The position numbers and the translations under genes are program-made. Under the pieces are notes generated by a model that did not search any database, was not told where the DNA came from, and was given only the letters and a program-made list of their open reading frames with translations. From the NCBI GenBank assembly GCA_016934035.1, contig JAFGTP010000069.1, forward strand, positions 6,073-70,072: a stretch of DNA of 64,000 bases, given 5' to 3'. This document shows positions 21,201 to 29,174 of this stretch, piece by piece (the first letter of the stretch is position 1; each line of letters starts with the position of its first letter). The DNA is from Fidelibacterota bacterium. GTDB lineage: Bacteria > Fidelibacterota > UBA2242 > JAFGTP01.

Positions 21201-21562
21201 ATACTTTTGGTTCCATTATTTTTGAAAATAAAATACTGCTAGGCTCTACCTTTCTGATCGTTTTGGCAGCACTGCCGATAAAAATTGATACCATGCCGGA
21301 ATTTTTGTTTAACTATTTATCCATTGTAATTGTAATTTTGTGGATGTATTTTTGCCACAGGTTTTGGCTTCAAAAAAATTTATTGGCCTATCTGATGACA
21401 GGGGCCTGTTTTTTTACAATTTTCACCGGCCAGTCCATGATATCAACCGGAAGCACAAAAGCAGTGGTCGGTGGCTATTTCCTTATCGGGCTTTTTTCCC
21501 TGCTGATTGTCTGGCTGCTGATCAAAGACCGAACCAATTGGTATGAGAGAATTTTAAAATAA
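18215..21562 (+). CDS. Large polytopic membrane protein with one CPBP (CAAX-protease-like) intramembrane metalloprotease domain
   Basis: 1115 aa. CPBP motifs are PAVTEEFCFRFYG (about 19484-19510) and LVWGFAHS (about 19575-19595). The architecture is internally duplicated, with two ectodomain-plus-TM-bundle modules. Confidence 0.7.
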   Translation: MEFEKLKKNDLLFISISFVIFLISLIFSLKTHKIAFPGQSITFELSREEALQKADSLMTHLGIHPVRFQHHAITFSYPEKTKIFIEKELGIKKSHTFFSKTFNIWQWSVRFFNDLEKEEVFINYTTSKELRYFEHTLPEEQAVNSVSDERAEQLARNFIASYTLNDLEKWQLKDKSTESKKARVDYSFTFKKNNVEIYGAHFEIEIVIKGNKVGHYREYLKLPEFWERNYQKLRSQNEITSLIAMVGLILLGISSAGFFIFFAIKHQINLKTGIIFGTITFSIYMISQLNTLPLSLYWYSTEKSLSNFYTDILISDIFSALLYSIAVFFLASSGDALYHSVFPQKISLLSSFSRQGMKTKEFFFGSVTGFTAAFLFIAFQIIFYWLAEKFGAWSPAQVTYSEILNTRFPWIYILFAGFIPAVTEEFCFRFYGIPLFKKFTHSKVFAILITALVWGFAHSNYPNQPFWIRGLEVSLFGIATGYILIRFGIAATLIWHYTVDAFLTFLMFCKTGKTSIILSSAIAASIALFFIIYTLFFYFKNKGFLIKPHIEGPKQETPENFETEELLETIPHVSNAVPPYSKHQVFMTLLITLVFFSALFIPLKKPGNYIKYQVPEQDVLATAKAFLNHQGFDPERFRTSMDIITDCNSNCLKYIIDHTSIDSANFIASNYLPNLVSYKVRFFNENEKEEFHVYVHPMDNEVTGFNHVLEETAMSYNLPQELALIRVEQFIAEQDFDLADFDRVESYSETLPHRTDHTYIYESKPGYAANIADGRLRVSITVKGDELGSFQRWYKIPEKWEIDQNKESNLDSIRKILQFFLLPVLFLLLLLKYKHHFNFNCIPWKVLIIITSGLFIILFASNLLNIKHQMIYYNTTWSIKNFILSVILSNLLTAFFNSLLLFLILLLGFAFYGSNDIIKDLKQSQSSGFDILLSSLVSALGLIAIFVLQAYFKGIFPQTMAQPTLFIPDFLVEDFFLLKILIKIFLFSILAAILTYTFGSIIFENKILLGSTFLIVLAALPIKIDTMPEFLFNYLSIVIVILWMYFCHRFWLQKNLLAYLMTGACFFTIFTGQSMISTGSTKAVVGGYFLIGLFSLLIVWLLIKDRTNWYERILK

Positions 21563-21570
21563 ACCTATCC

Positions 21571-21600
21571 AAAATGCTGTCTACCTGGACAGCATTTTTT
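21571..21600 (+). terminator. Rho-independent terminator after the CPBP gene
   Basis: The sequence is aaaatgctgtc-tacctg-gacagcatttt followed by Ts. Confidence 0.65.
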
Positions 21601-21614
21601 ATTTAAGGACCCAA

Positions 21615-23027
21615 ATGAATCAGCCCATAAAAAAGAAAGATATTCTGGATTTAAAAATTGTGGACTTGAGTTTCCATGGCAAAGGTATCGCTAAATTTGA
21701 CCATTACACTATCTTTGTGGATGATGGTATACCCGGACAAAAAGTTAAGGCCAGAATCAACCGTGCCAAAAAATCCTATGCCGAAGCCAGCATTGTTCGG
21801 ATTCTGGAGAAAAGTGATTTCGAAATTGTTCCACCCTGTAAATACCATGACTATTGCGGAGGCTGCAAGCACCAAAACATTCCCTATGCTTTTCAATTGA
21901 AATTTTTCCATCAACAAATTACAGAACTCTATCGAAGACTCGGTGGATTTTCCGAAGTGACCGTCAACGAGGTTATCGGTTCTGAAAACATCTACCATTA
22001 TCGGAACAAAATGGAATTTTCCTTTTCTCCCCACCGCTGGCTCATCACCGGATTTGAAGAAGAAAAACCGAAGGATTTTGCACTGGGATTGCGGGCCCCG
22101 GGAAACTTCTGGAAATCCATCGATCTGGACCAGTGCCTGATTGCTCCTGAAGAATCCGCCAAAGTGATGGAACTGGTTCGAAATTTTGCCCTGGCCCATC
22201 ATCTCACCCCTTATGATCAGCATCAGCACCAGGGTTTTCTTCGCCATCTGATGATCCGCAAAGGTTTTAACACCGGTCAATTGATGGTCAACATTGTGAC
22301 AGCGCAAAATACCCCAGAAATCTTTCAGCCCCTTGTCCATCAAATCCTTCAGGAATTTCCAGATATTACCAGCATCATGCACACCGTAGCCACCAACAAA
22401 AGCGGCACAACCATTCCTGAAATCCAAAACCTCCTGTATGGCAGGGATTTTATCGAAGATAAACTGGGAGCCCTGATTTACAAAATTTCTGCCGCATCCT
22501 TTTTTCAGACAAACACTAAAATGGCTGAAACCCTTTATGAGGAAGTCCGTAAAACAGCCGCTATTCAAAAGCATGAAAATGTCTGGGACCTATACTGTGG
22601 CACCGGATCCATCGGCCTTTTTGTAGCACCCCATGCCCGCTCTGTGACGGGAATCGAAGTCCTCAAAGAAGCCGTCCACGATGCTGTCATCAATGCCCGC
22701 AACAACCATATAACCAATGTGGAATTTTTACACGGAAATCTCGATACACTTTTTGAAAAACAGCCGGAGTTGCCGGCAAACCTGCCAAAACCCGATGTCC
22801 TGATCGTTGATCCGCCCAGAGGTGGTCTGCACCCCAAACTGGTGGCCCAAATCATATCCCTGGCTCCAAGACGAATCGTTTACGTCTCCTGCAATCCAGC
22901 CACCCAGGTCAGAGATATAAAAATGCTTTATGATGGTGGAAACTACCAAATCGATTCCATTCAGCCGGTAGACATGTTTCCCCATACCCCACACATCGAA
23001 GTTGTCACAGGAATAAGCAAAAGATAA
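21615..23027 (+). CDS. rlmD: 23S rRNA (uracil-C5)-methyltransferase, RlmD/RumA family (TRAM + Fe-S + SAM MTase)
   Basis: 470 aa. It has an N-terminal TRAM-like domain, a Cys cluster (PPCKYHDYCGGCKHQ), the FFQTN motif, the SAM-binding DLYCGTGSIGL motif and a VDPPRGG motif. Confidence 0.85.
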   Translation: MNQPIKKKDILDLKIVDLSFHGKGIAKFDHYTIFVDDGIPGQKVKARINRAKKSYAEASIVRILEKSDFEIVPPCKYHDYCGGCKHQNIPYAFQLKFFHQQITELYRRLGGFSEVTVNEVIGSENIYHYRNKMEFSFSPHRWLITGFEEEKPKDFALGLRAPGNFWKSIDLDQCLIAPEESAKVMELVRNFALAHHLTPYDQHQHQGFLRHLMIRKGFNTGQLMVNIVTAQNTPEIFQPLVHQILQEFPDITSIMHTVATNKSGTTIPEIQNLLYGRDFIEDKLGALIYKISAASFFQTNTKMAETLYEEVRKTAAIQKHENVWDLYCGTGSIGLFVAPHARSVTGIEVLKEAVHDAVINARNNHITNVEFLHGNLDTLFEKQPELPANLPKPDVLIVDPPRGGLHPKLVAQIISLAPRRIVYVSCNPATQVRDIKMLYDGGNYQIDSIQPVDMFPHTPHIEVVTGISKR

Positions 23028-23139
23028 TCAGGATAAAATTCAAATGGAAAAGGCCTGTTTTCAATTTTACATGGGTTTTTTTTCATAAAAATTTACTTTC
23101 AGGCCCTTGATAATAATCCATAAGACTGCTCTGAATTAA

Positions 23140-23177
23140 GGGCTTTAGCCTGGTATCTGATTCAAGGGCTAAAGCCC
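23140..23177. terminator. Perfect 11-bp-stem hairpin between convergent genes (possible bidirectional terminator or REP-like element)
   Basis: gggctttagcc (23140-23150) and ggctaaagccc (23167-23177) are exact reverse complements separated by a 16-nt loop. There is no flanking T-run. Confidence 0.4.
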
Positions 23178-23229
23178 GATAATTCATGATGGGTCAAAAA
23201 TCATTTCGATGACTTTACTATCTTTTCTT

Positions 23230-23838
23230 CTACATATTCAGCATATAATTTAAATGCTGGTCAACCATCGCCATTACTTCAGGATAATCGGCAACATAAC
23301 GGCGGTTGATGTAGGAAATTAGGACACCGACAATAAAAAACCTGATTTGCTCCTGCAGCAGGGCTGCACCTTCCGGCTCGATGACTTTTTCCTGAATCAT
23401 GACTTCCCAATCTTCTTCCATCAATGATGGCAAAAAAGTGTCAATCTTTTCAATAGTCGGCTGACGGTGGGCCAGGTCCGTTGTTTTTTCAATATAAAAC
23501 AACTCAAAAATACCGGGATACTGAACAAAATATTTGAAATAAGCCCGATTGATCTGAACCAGTCGTTCTCTGCCCGGCTTCATATTTTTAACCTCATCAC
23601 TGATAAATTCCCGGCATTCCTGCTGAAAATCCAGCACACACTCAAACACCAGGTCTTTCACATCTTTGAAATAATTATACAACGTTGCATAGGAATATCC
23701 AGCCCGGTCCGCCACATTTCTGACACTGATATTTTTCAAACCCTCACTTCGCAAAATTTCCCGGGTTGCCTGCAGGAAATAGGTTCTCATTCTCTGTTCT
23801 TGTATCTGTTTGTTATTCATCTTCAACTCCGTTAACAT
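23230..23838 (-). CDS. TetR/AcrR family transcriptional regulator
   Basis: 202 aa. The N-terminal HTH is ..ISVRNVADRAGYSYATLYNYFKDVKDL.. The true start may be an internal Met. Confidence 0.85.
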   Translation of the reverse strand: MLTELKMNNKQIQEQRMRTYFLQATREILRSEGLKNISVRNVADRAGYSYATLYNYFKDVKDLVFECVLDFQQECREFISDEVKNMKPGRERLVQINRAYFKYFVQYPGIFELFYIEKTTDLAHRQPTIEKIDTFLPSLMEEDWEVMIQEKVIEPEGAALLQEQIRFFIVGVLISYINRRYVADYPEVMAMVDQHLNYMLNM

Positions 23839-23873
23839 TATTTATATATTTAACACTGTTAATTTAATTAACA
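23832..23873. promoter_or_regulatory. Candidate TetR operator array (three TTAACA motifs at exact 18-bp spacing plus one inverted copy)
   Basis: TTAACA occurs at 23832, 23850 and 23868. TTAACAcTGTTAA is a palindrome at 23850-23862. The array lies in the divergent tetR / DUF2179 intergenic region. Confidence 0.3.
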
Positions 23874-24120
23874 CCAATTACTGAAACAAGAAATATTTAT
23901 CCCAATTTTTTCCCACCATCTCAATCAAAAAAATTCTAACCCTCATTTTGAATTGTCGCCGGCAACCATTTCCTCTGAAAAATCGATATGAACAATTCAG
24001 GGCACACTGACAAGCTGTTGTCTGCTCCAAAGGAAGAAAATAAATTAAAATTCGTTTTTAGATGTTCACTTTGTTAAATTATATACTTGTAAACTAATCA
24101 GCGATGTAAGGTTTGAAATC

Positions 24121-24906
24121 ATGAAAATTAAACAATTTATACTAATTCTTTTCATATTCGCCATTCCCCTTCTGAGTCAGGCGGGTCCCGATGAATCGAC
24201 CCTGCTGTCGAAGCAGCCCTTAACTGGCACGAAACATACTGACAGTTCCTCAATCCAAAATTTTTCTGCCTCTGAAAGTCTTCCTTTATCATCCGATATA
24301 TCGGAGGCGAAAAATCCAATAACCCCAAGGTCCTTTTTCTTTATTTATATCCTTATACCGATATTGATATGCCTCGCCAGAATTATAGATGTTTCTCTGG
24401 GTACATTGCGTATTATTTTAGTTTCTAAAGGAGCAAAAATTGTTGCGCCGATTCTGGGTTTCTTCGAGTCTCTGATCTGGTTGATTGCCATCGGTCAGGT
24501 AATGCAAAATCTGACTAATGTCATTAACTACATTTTTTATGCTTTGGGTTTTGCACTGGGTAACTATATTGGTATCATGCTGGAGCAAAAACTGGCATTG
24601 GGTCTGGTTGTCGTCCGAATCATCACTCGTAAAAATGCCTCAGAATTTATTGCTTCCATGAAAAAAATAAAGTTTGGACTAACCGTAATTGATGCCCATA
24701 ATGGTGATGAAAATGTAAACTTAATTTTCACCGTAATCAAGCGGACCAATTTACCCCAGGTGATTTCTCGAATCAGAAAATTTAATCCCCATGCCTTTTA
24801 TTCAGTAGAGGACGTACGGTCAGTTAAAAACGCAATTTTCCCAACCAATACCCTGCGCCAGGGATTCAGATTGAGTTCGCTTTTCAATCCCCGTAAGTCA
24901 AAATAG
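24121..24906 (+). CDS. DUF2179/UPF0316-family membrane protein with an N-terminal signal and extension
   Basis: 261 aa. The core VSLGTLRIILVSKGAKIVAPILGFFESLIWLIAIGQV...GFALGNYIG...PHAFYSVEDVRSV matches the UPF0316 pattern. An extra leader of about 70 aa carries a signal peptide. Confidence 0.7.
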   Translation: MKIKQFILILFIFAIPLLSQAGPDESTLLSKQPLTGTKHTDSSSIQNFSASESLPLSSDISEAKNPITPRSFFFIYILIPILICLARIIDVSLGTLRIILVSKGAKIVAPILGFFESLIWLIAIGQVMQNLTNVINYIFYALGFALGNYIGIMLEQKLALGLVVVRIITRKNASEFIASMKKIKFGLTVIDAHNGDENVNLIFTVIKRTNLPQVISRIRKFNPHAFYSVEDVRSVKNAIFPTNTLRQGFRLSSLFNPRKSK

Positions 24907-24997
24907 TCTTTCGTCCAGATGAAATTTTCTTGTGATTTTGATAGCATAATCAGTTATATTACACTGTTTATGATACCATTTTATCGAGGAGAAAATA

Positions 24998-27900
24998 TTG
25001 AAATTACGAAAATATATCACTATCTCTCTGCTATTCACACTGCCCCTATTTTCATCTGCAATTGAGCAGGGCCTGCTTTCACCCCAACCTGTCGGCAACA
25101 GGATTATTGCGACGGATATTCAACGTTCACAACTCTACCTGGTAGAAAACAATGAGGCCAGGCCTGTTCTGGCAGAACGAGGATGCGGCGCCTATTTTAC
25201 CCTGTCTCCCGACAAAGAAAAAATCGGTATCAAAATCATCAATGACCAGGGGCTGGAACTCCCTGCAATTTTCAACCTGACTAATCGTCAATTGCAGCAG
25301 CTTCACGCTCCTTCCAAAGCGGTTGGCCAGGTATCCTTCTCCGACGATGGACGTTCCGCCTGGACAGTCGGGAATACACTCTATATTTCTGACGGCCGAA
25401 AATATGATCTCGGCACCTATGCCAACCTCGCCCCAATCTCGCCAAATGGCCGATACGTTGCTTTTAATGACAATGACGACCAGATTTTCATACTCGATCT
25501 GGAAACAGTCGCCAAAACCAAAGTTACCGAACAGGAATTCAGCTATTACCATCCTCAATGGTCTCCAGACAGCCGGCAATTGATGATCATCCGGTTTGAT
25601 GGCCAAATTTGTATTTTCTCCAACGGGAAACTCACAGCCCTAGGCGAAGGCCATTCACCGGTTTGGCAGAATAATGAGACCATCCTTTTTTACAAAAAAG
25701 AAATCCACAACATGATTTTAATGAACACCGATATCTATGCCATTAAAAGTGACGGAAGCAAGGAGACAAAACTGACACACACCCCCGATAAAATGGAGGT
25801 TGACCCGATTTTCGATGAAGCAGCCGAAGCTGTAGTTTACAGTACCCTCAACACAAATTCCATCGAATCCCTATCAGTTAACCATACTCTCCTAAAAGCC
25901 ACAGCACTGACGTTTCAACTCAAAGAAAATGAACCGGCCTATTTTACCCCGCTTCGGCAGGTAACAGAATCAATTTTGGATGTGCCCTACCTCCATCAGG
26001 TATACGATGTTCCGGACTGGTACTGGGGCTATTACGCCTGCGCTCCGACCACAGCAGCCATGGTCCTGGCCTATTTCAATATTCTGCCGGAATGGGAAAC
26101 GACCTGTTCATCGCCCACCCGCCACAAAAGCAATTACGGACGCTACATCTGTGAAAAATATCGATACAATGAATGGTACTATGCCGACGGGTCCAAGCCC
26201 AATGGATATGCTGCAGGCTATGGTGGTTACGGATATATGTGGGGGACCGGCGGCAGCCCGAATTCACGTATGCTGAAATACTATGAAAAGCACGGATTGA
26301 CAGGATCCCAAAGCTGGAATGCCCAAGGAAAATGGAGCGAGGCGGTCAGTGAAATATCCAATGGCTTTCCCTATTCCATGTGTGTCTGGCTAACCGGCAG
26401 CGGTCACCTGGTACTGGGTCGGGGAATTGTCGCTGACAAACATTCAATTGTCGTCAATGATCCCTATGGCAATCGAAACACCCCCGGCTATCCCTCTTAC
26501 GATGGAGCGGGAGCCATTTACGACTGGCCGGGATACAACCACGGCAACATCAATCTCGCCTTGCAGGGAAGCGGATTACCCTGGGTAGTGACCGCCCATT
26601 ATGAAAGGCCGGTAGCCTGCGACTCTCTGATTGATGACAAACAATTCGGACAGGGATTTCACCTGAACACACAGGAACCAGCCTCCATGATCGGATATGC
26701 CGATAAAAAAGCAGGTTATAAAGGCCATCACTGGATCATGCTGACCCGGACAACGCAAAGTCTCCAGTATGCAGAATGGTGCCCCACTTTAAACCTGGAC
26801 GGGAATTACGAATTGTTTGTTTATATTCCGGAAGGCTCAGGAAAAACCCAGAATGCCCTCTACAAAATATACAACGGCGAAAAATGGGAACTTTACTCGC
26901 TGAACCAATCTTTTGTCAACAACGACTGGGCTTCCTTGGGTATTTATTCCCTTGAAGCAGGACAAAACACAAAAATCCGGCTGATGGATTCAACCAGCAG
27001 TGAAGGTGAAATTCTGGTGATAGATGCTTTAAAATGGTGCTATGTTGGCGATTGGCAGATGGATTTTACAGCCCGGAAAGTCTCGGGACCTCTTCCCCAC
27101 ACCGCTGTCTTTCAGGAACAGATTGAGTACGAGTCTCCAAATTGCGATTACTACTGGGATTTTGGCGACGGTACAGTAAGTGATTTGCCAAACCCGGCCC
27201 ACACCTACAAAACACCCGGCAGTTATGATGTCACCCTGACCCTGTTCATAGGCCCGAAGGAATACCGGATAATGAAAGAAAATTTTATTGAGGTATCTGA
27301 TTATGAGACCGGAGATTTTACCCTTGAAACGCCAGGTCTGGATGGGACTATCGACGACCAGTCACCCACTTTCTGCTGGGAAATGTGCAGCAACACCCAA
27401 TATCTGTTTTACCTTGGGACAACTTCTGATTTTTCAAATATTTCGCCCTTGTTATTAGATACAAATACCTATGTCTGGCCGGACACGCTGGCAGACAACT
27501 GTGAATACTTTTGGCGGGTTCGGGCGCTGGCCGGCGACGATACATTAACCTCCAATGTGGGATATTTTCAGATTAACAAAACCAACGACAATCCCAGCAC
27601 CTTTGCCCTGGTTTATCCACCATCAGAAACCGTATTAAAAAATGAAGTCTGCATATTTCAGTGGGAAAAATCCGGCGACAGCGACCTATACGATGCTGTG
27701 ACCTACACCCTGCATCTCTGGACAGATGGCGACAGTGCCCTGATATATACTGGCAATAAAAGTTTTTGTACCGATACATTGGCCGACAATACCACCTGTT
27801 ATTGGCGGATTACGGCCTGGGATGAAAATGGAGGTTTCACCATCAATAACGGCGACAAATCCAGATTTTATGTCAATCGAACCAACGATGCGCCTTCCAA

Positions 27901-28489
27901 AGTCCGGTTACTGACACCGGAAAACGGCGGCACCAGCAATGGCCAATATCCGCAATTTTCCTGGACCCCTGCGATGGATATCGATCCGCTGGACACGGTC
28001 ACTTACGAAATTTACATTTTTAAAAAAGGCCGGGAAACCAGTGGCGTTACTCGCTCACTGGACACAACTTTCTATGATCAGCAAAAAATATCCTCCGATG
28101 ACCAGTACGGGTTTACGGTGACAGCCTGGGATAAAGAGGGCGCTTACAGCCAATCGGATACCAGTTACTTTTTCCTCAGTACCACAAGCGTCACAGACGC
28201 CATCGAAATACCACTGGTGTTCCGTCTCTTTCAGAACTATCCTAACCCCTTTAATCCATCCACAAAAATAGCCTATGACCTGCCGATGAATGCCCGGGTC
28301 CGGCTGAATATTTATGATATCAACGGAAATTTGATGGAAACGCTAGTCGATGGGCCGAGACAATCCGGACATTACACCCACCTCTGGGAGCCTGCAAGCA
28401 TCAGCTCTGGTGTCTATTTTTACAAAATCACTGTTCAGGTGGAAGGTTATGATCAAGAGCAGGTTCGAAAATGTCTCCTGATAAAATAG
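24998..28489 (+). CDS. Secreted multidomain protein: TolB-like beta-propeller repeats, C39-like cysteine peptidase domain, PKD domain, repeated Ig/Fn3-like modules, T9SS C-terminal sorting domain
   Basis: 1163 aa with a TTG start and a signal peptide. It has SP(D/N)G..(I/V)AF propeller-type repeats, GYYACAPTTAAMVLAYF (C39_2-like), YYWDFGDGTVSDLPNPAHTYKTPGSYDVTLT (PKD) and the C-terminal FRLFQNYPNPFNPSTKIAYDLP...SGVYFYKI. Confidence 0.8.
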   Translation: MKLRKYITISLLFTLPLFSSAIEQGLLSPQPVGNRIIATDIQRSQLYLVENNEARPVLAERGCGAYFTLSPDKEKIGIKIINDQGLELPAIFNLTNRQLQQLHAPSKAVGQVSFSDDGRSAWTVGNTLYISDGRKYDLGTYANLAPISPNGRYVAFNDNDDQIFILDLETVAKTKVTEQEFSYYHPQWSPDSRQLMIIRFDGQICIFSNGKLTALGEGHSPVWQNNETILFYKKEIHNMILMNTDIYAIKSDGSKETKLTHTPDKMEVDPIFDEAAEAVVYSTLNTNSIESLSVNHTLLKATALTFQLKENEPAYFTPLRQVTESILDVPYLHQVYDVPDWYWGYYACAPTTAAMVLAYFNILPEWETTCSSPTRHKSNYGRYICEKYRYNEWYYADGSKPNGYAAGYGGYGYMWGTGGSPNSRMLKYYEKHGLTGSQSWNAQGKWSEAVSEISNGFPYSMCVWLTGSGHLVLGRGIVADKHSIVVNDPYGNRNTPGYPSYDGAGAIYDWPGYNHGNINLALQGSGLPWVVTAHYERPVACDSLIDDKQFGQGFHLNTQEPASMIGYADKKAGYKGHHWIMLTRTTQSLQYAEWCPTLNLDGNYELFVYIPEGSGKTQNALYKIYNGEKWELYSLNQSFVNNDWASLGIYSLEAGQNTKIRLMDSTSSEGEILVIDALKWCYVGDWQMDFTARKVSGPLPHTAVFQEQIEYESPNCDYYWDFGDGTVSDLPNPAHTYKTPGSYDVTLTLFIGPKEYRIMKENFIEVSDYETGDFTLETPGLDGTIDDQSPTFCWEMCSNTQYLFYLGTTSDFSNISPLLLDTNTYVWPDTLADNCEYFWRVRALAGDDTLTSNVGYFQINKTNDNPSTFALVYPPSETVLKNEVCIFQWEKSGDSDLYDAVTYTLHLWTDGDSALIYTGNKSFCTDTLADNTTCYWRITAWDENGGFTINNGDKSRFYVNRTNDAPSKVRLLTPENGGTSNGQYPQFSWTPAMDIDPLDTVTYEIYIFKKGRETSGVTRSLDTTFYDQQKISSDDQYGFTVTAWDKEGAYSQSDTSYFFLSTTSVTDAIEIPLVFRLFQNYPNPFNPSTKIAYDLPMNARVRLNIYDINGNLMETLVDGPRQSGHYTHLWEPASISSGVYFYKITVQVEGYDQEQVRKCLLIK

Positions 28490-28518
28490 GAACCGATACT
28501 GAAATACATCGCCCGGGA

Positions 28519-29151
28519 TTACTTCTCACAGCCGTATAAAAGCATCTCTTCATCCAATTCTTTGAAAATGCGAAACCCGGTATTCCGCAGAAAATTTGAA
28601 ATTTCACTATGCTGAGGAAGCAAATGGCTGATGACCGTGCTTTTTTGTCGCTGGTGGATTTCATTGGTTTTTTTTCGGCCGTCAGGGTGGATGATATAAT
28701 AATGGCCGCCGGGTTTCAAAACACGAAAGGCCTCACGAACCACTTTCAACCTGTCGTTAAAGTGGGGAAACACACAATAATTCAACACGATATCCACGGA
28801 GCAGTCCAGCAGGGGAAGATTTTCCGCATTTCCTAAAAACAATAAGTCATATTGAAATTTTACCAGGGAAAGCATTTTTGCGGAAAGATCCATGCCCAGA
28901 ATTTTAGCCTGGGGAAATCTTCGGAACAAAAAGGGAAAAAGCCCGCCGGTACCACAACCCACATCCAGAATGACTTCCGGACTTTCACACTGAATCATGT
29001 CCACTACTTTGGATGCATTGCGAACATCTCTTTGGGAAAAATGCCAATGGAGAGATTTTTCATCGAAAAATTTGATTATGTCCTGGTATTCATTCAAACA
29101 CATAAAAATCCAAATATTTGATACCCATTGCAGAAGAACCCCAAAAGGCAT
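28519..29151 (-). CDS. Class I SAM-dependent methyltransferase
   Basis: 210 aa with motif I ILDVGCGTGGLF and the post-I motif ILGMDLS. The start may be an internal Met (MCLNEY..). Confidence 0.8.
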   Translation of the reverse strand: MPFGVLLQWVSNIWIFMCLNEYQDIIKFFDEKSLHWHFSQRDVRNASKVVDMIQCESPEVILDVGCGTGGLFPFLFRRFPQAKILGMDLSAKMLSLVKFQYDLLFLGNAENLPLLDCSVDIVLNYCVFPHFNDRLKVVREAFRVLKPGGHYYIIHPDGRKKTNEIHQRQKSTVISHLLPQHSEISNFLRNTGFRIFKELDEEMLLYGCEK

Positions 29152-29174
29152 TTTAATAAGATTACCAATAATTT

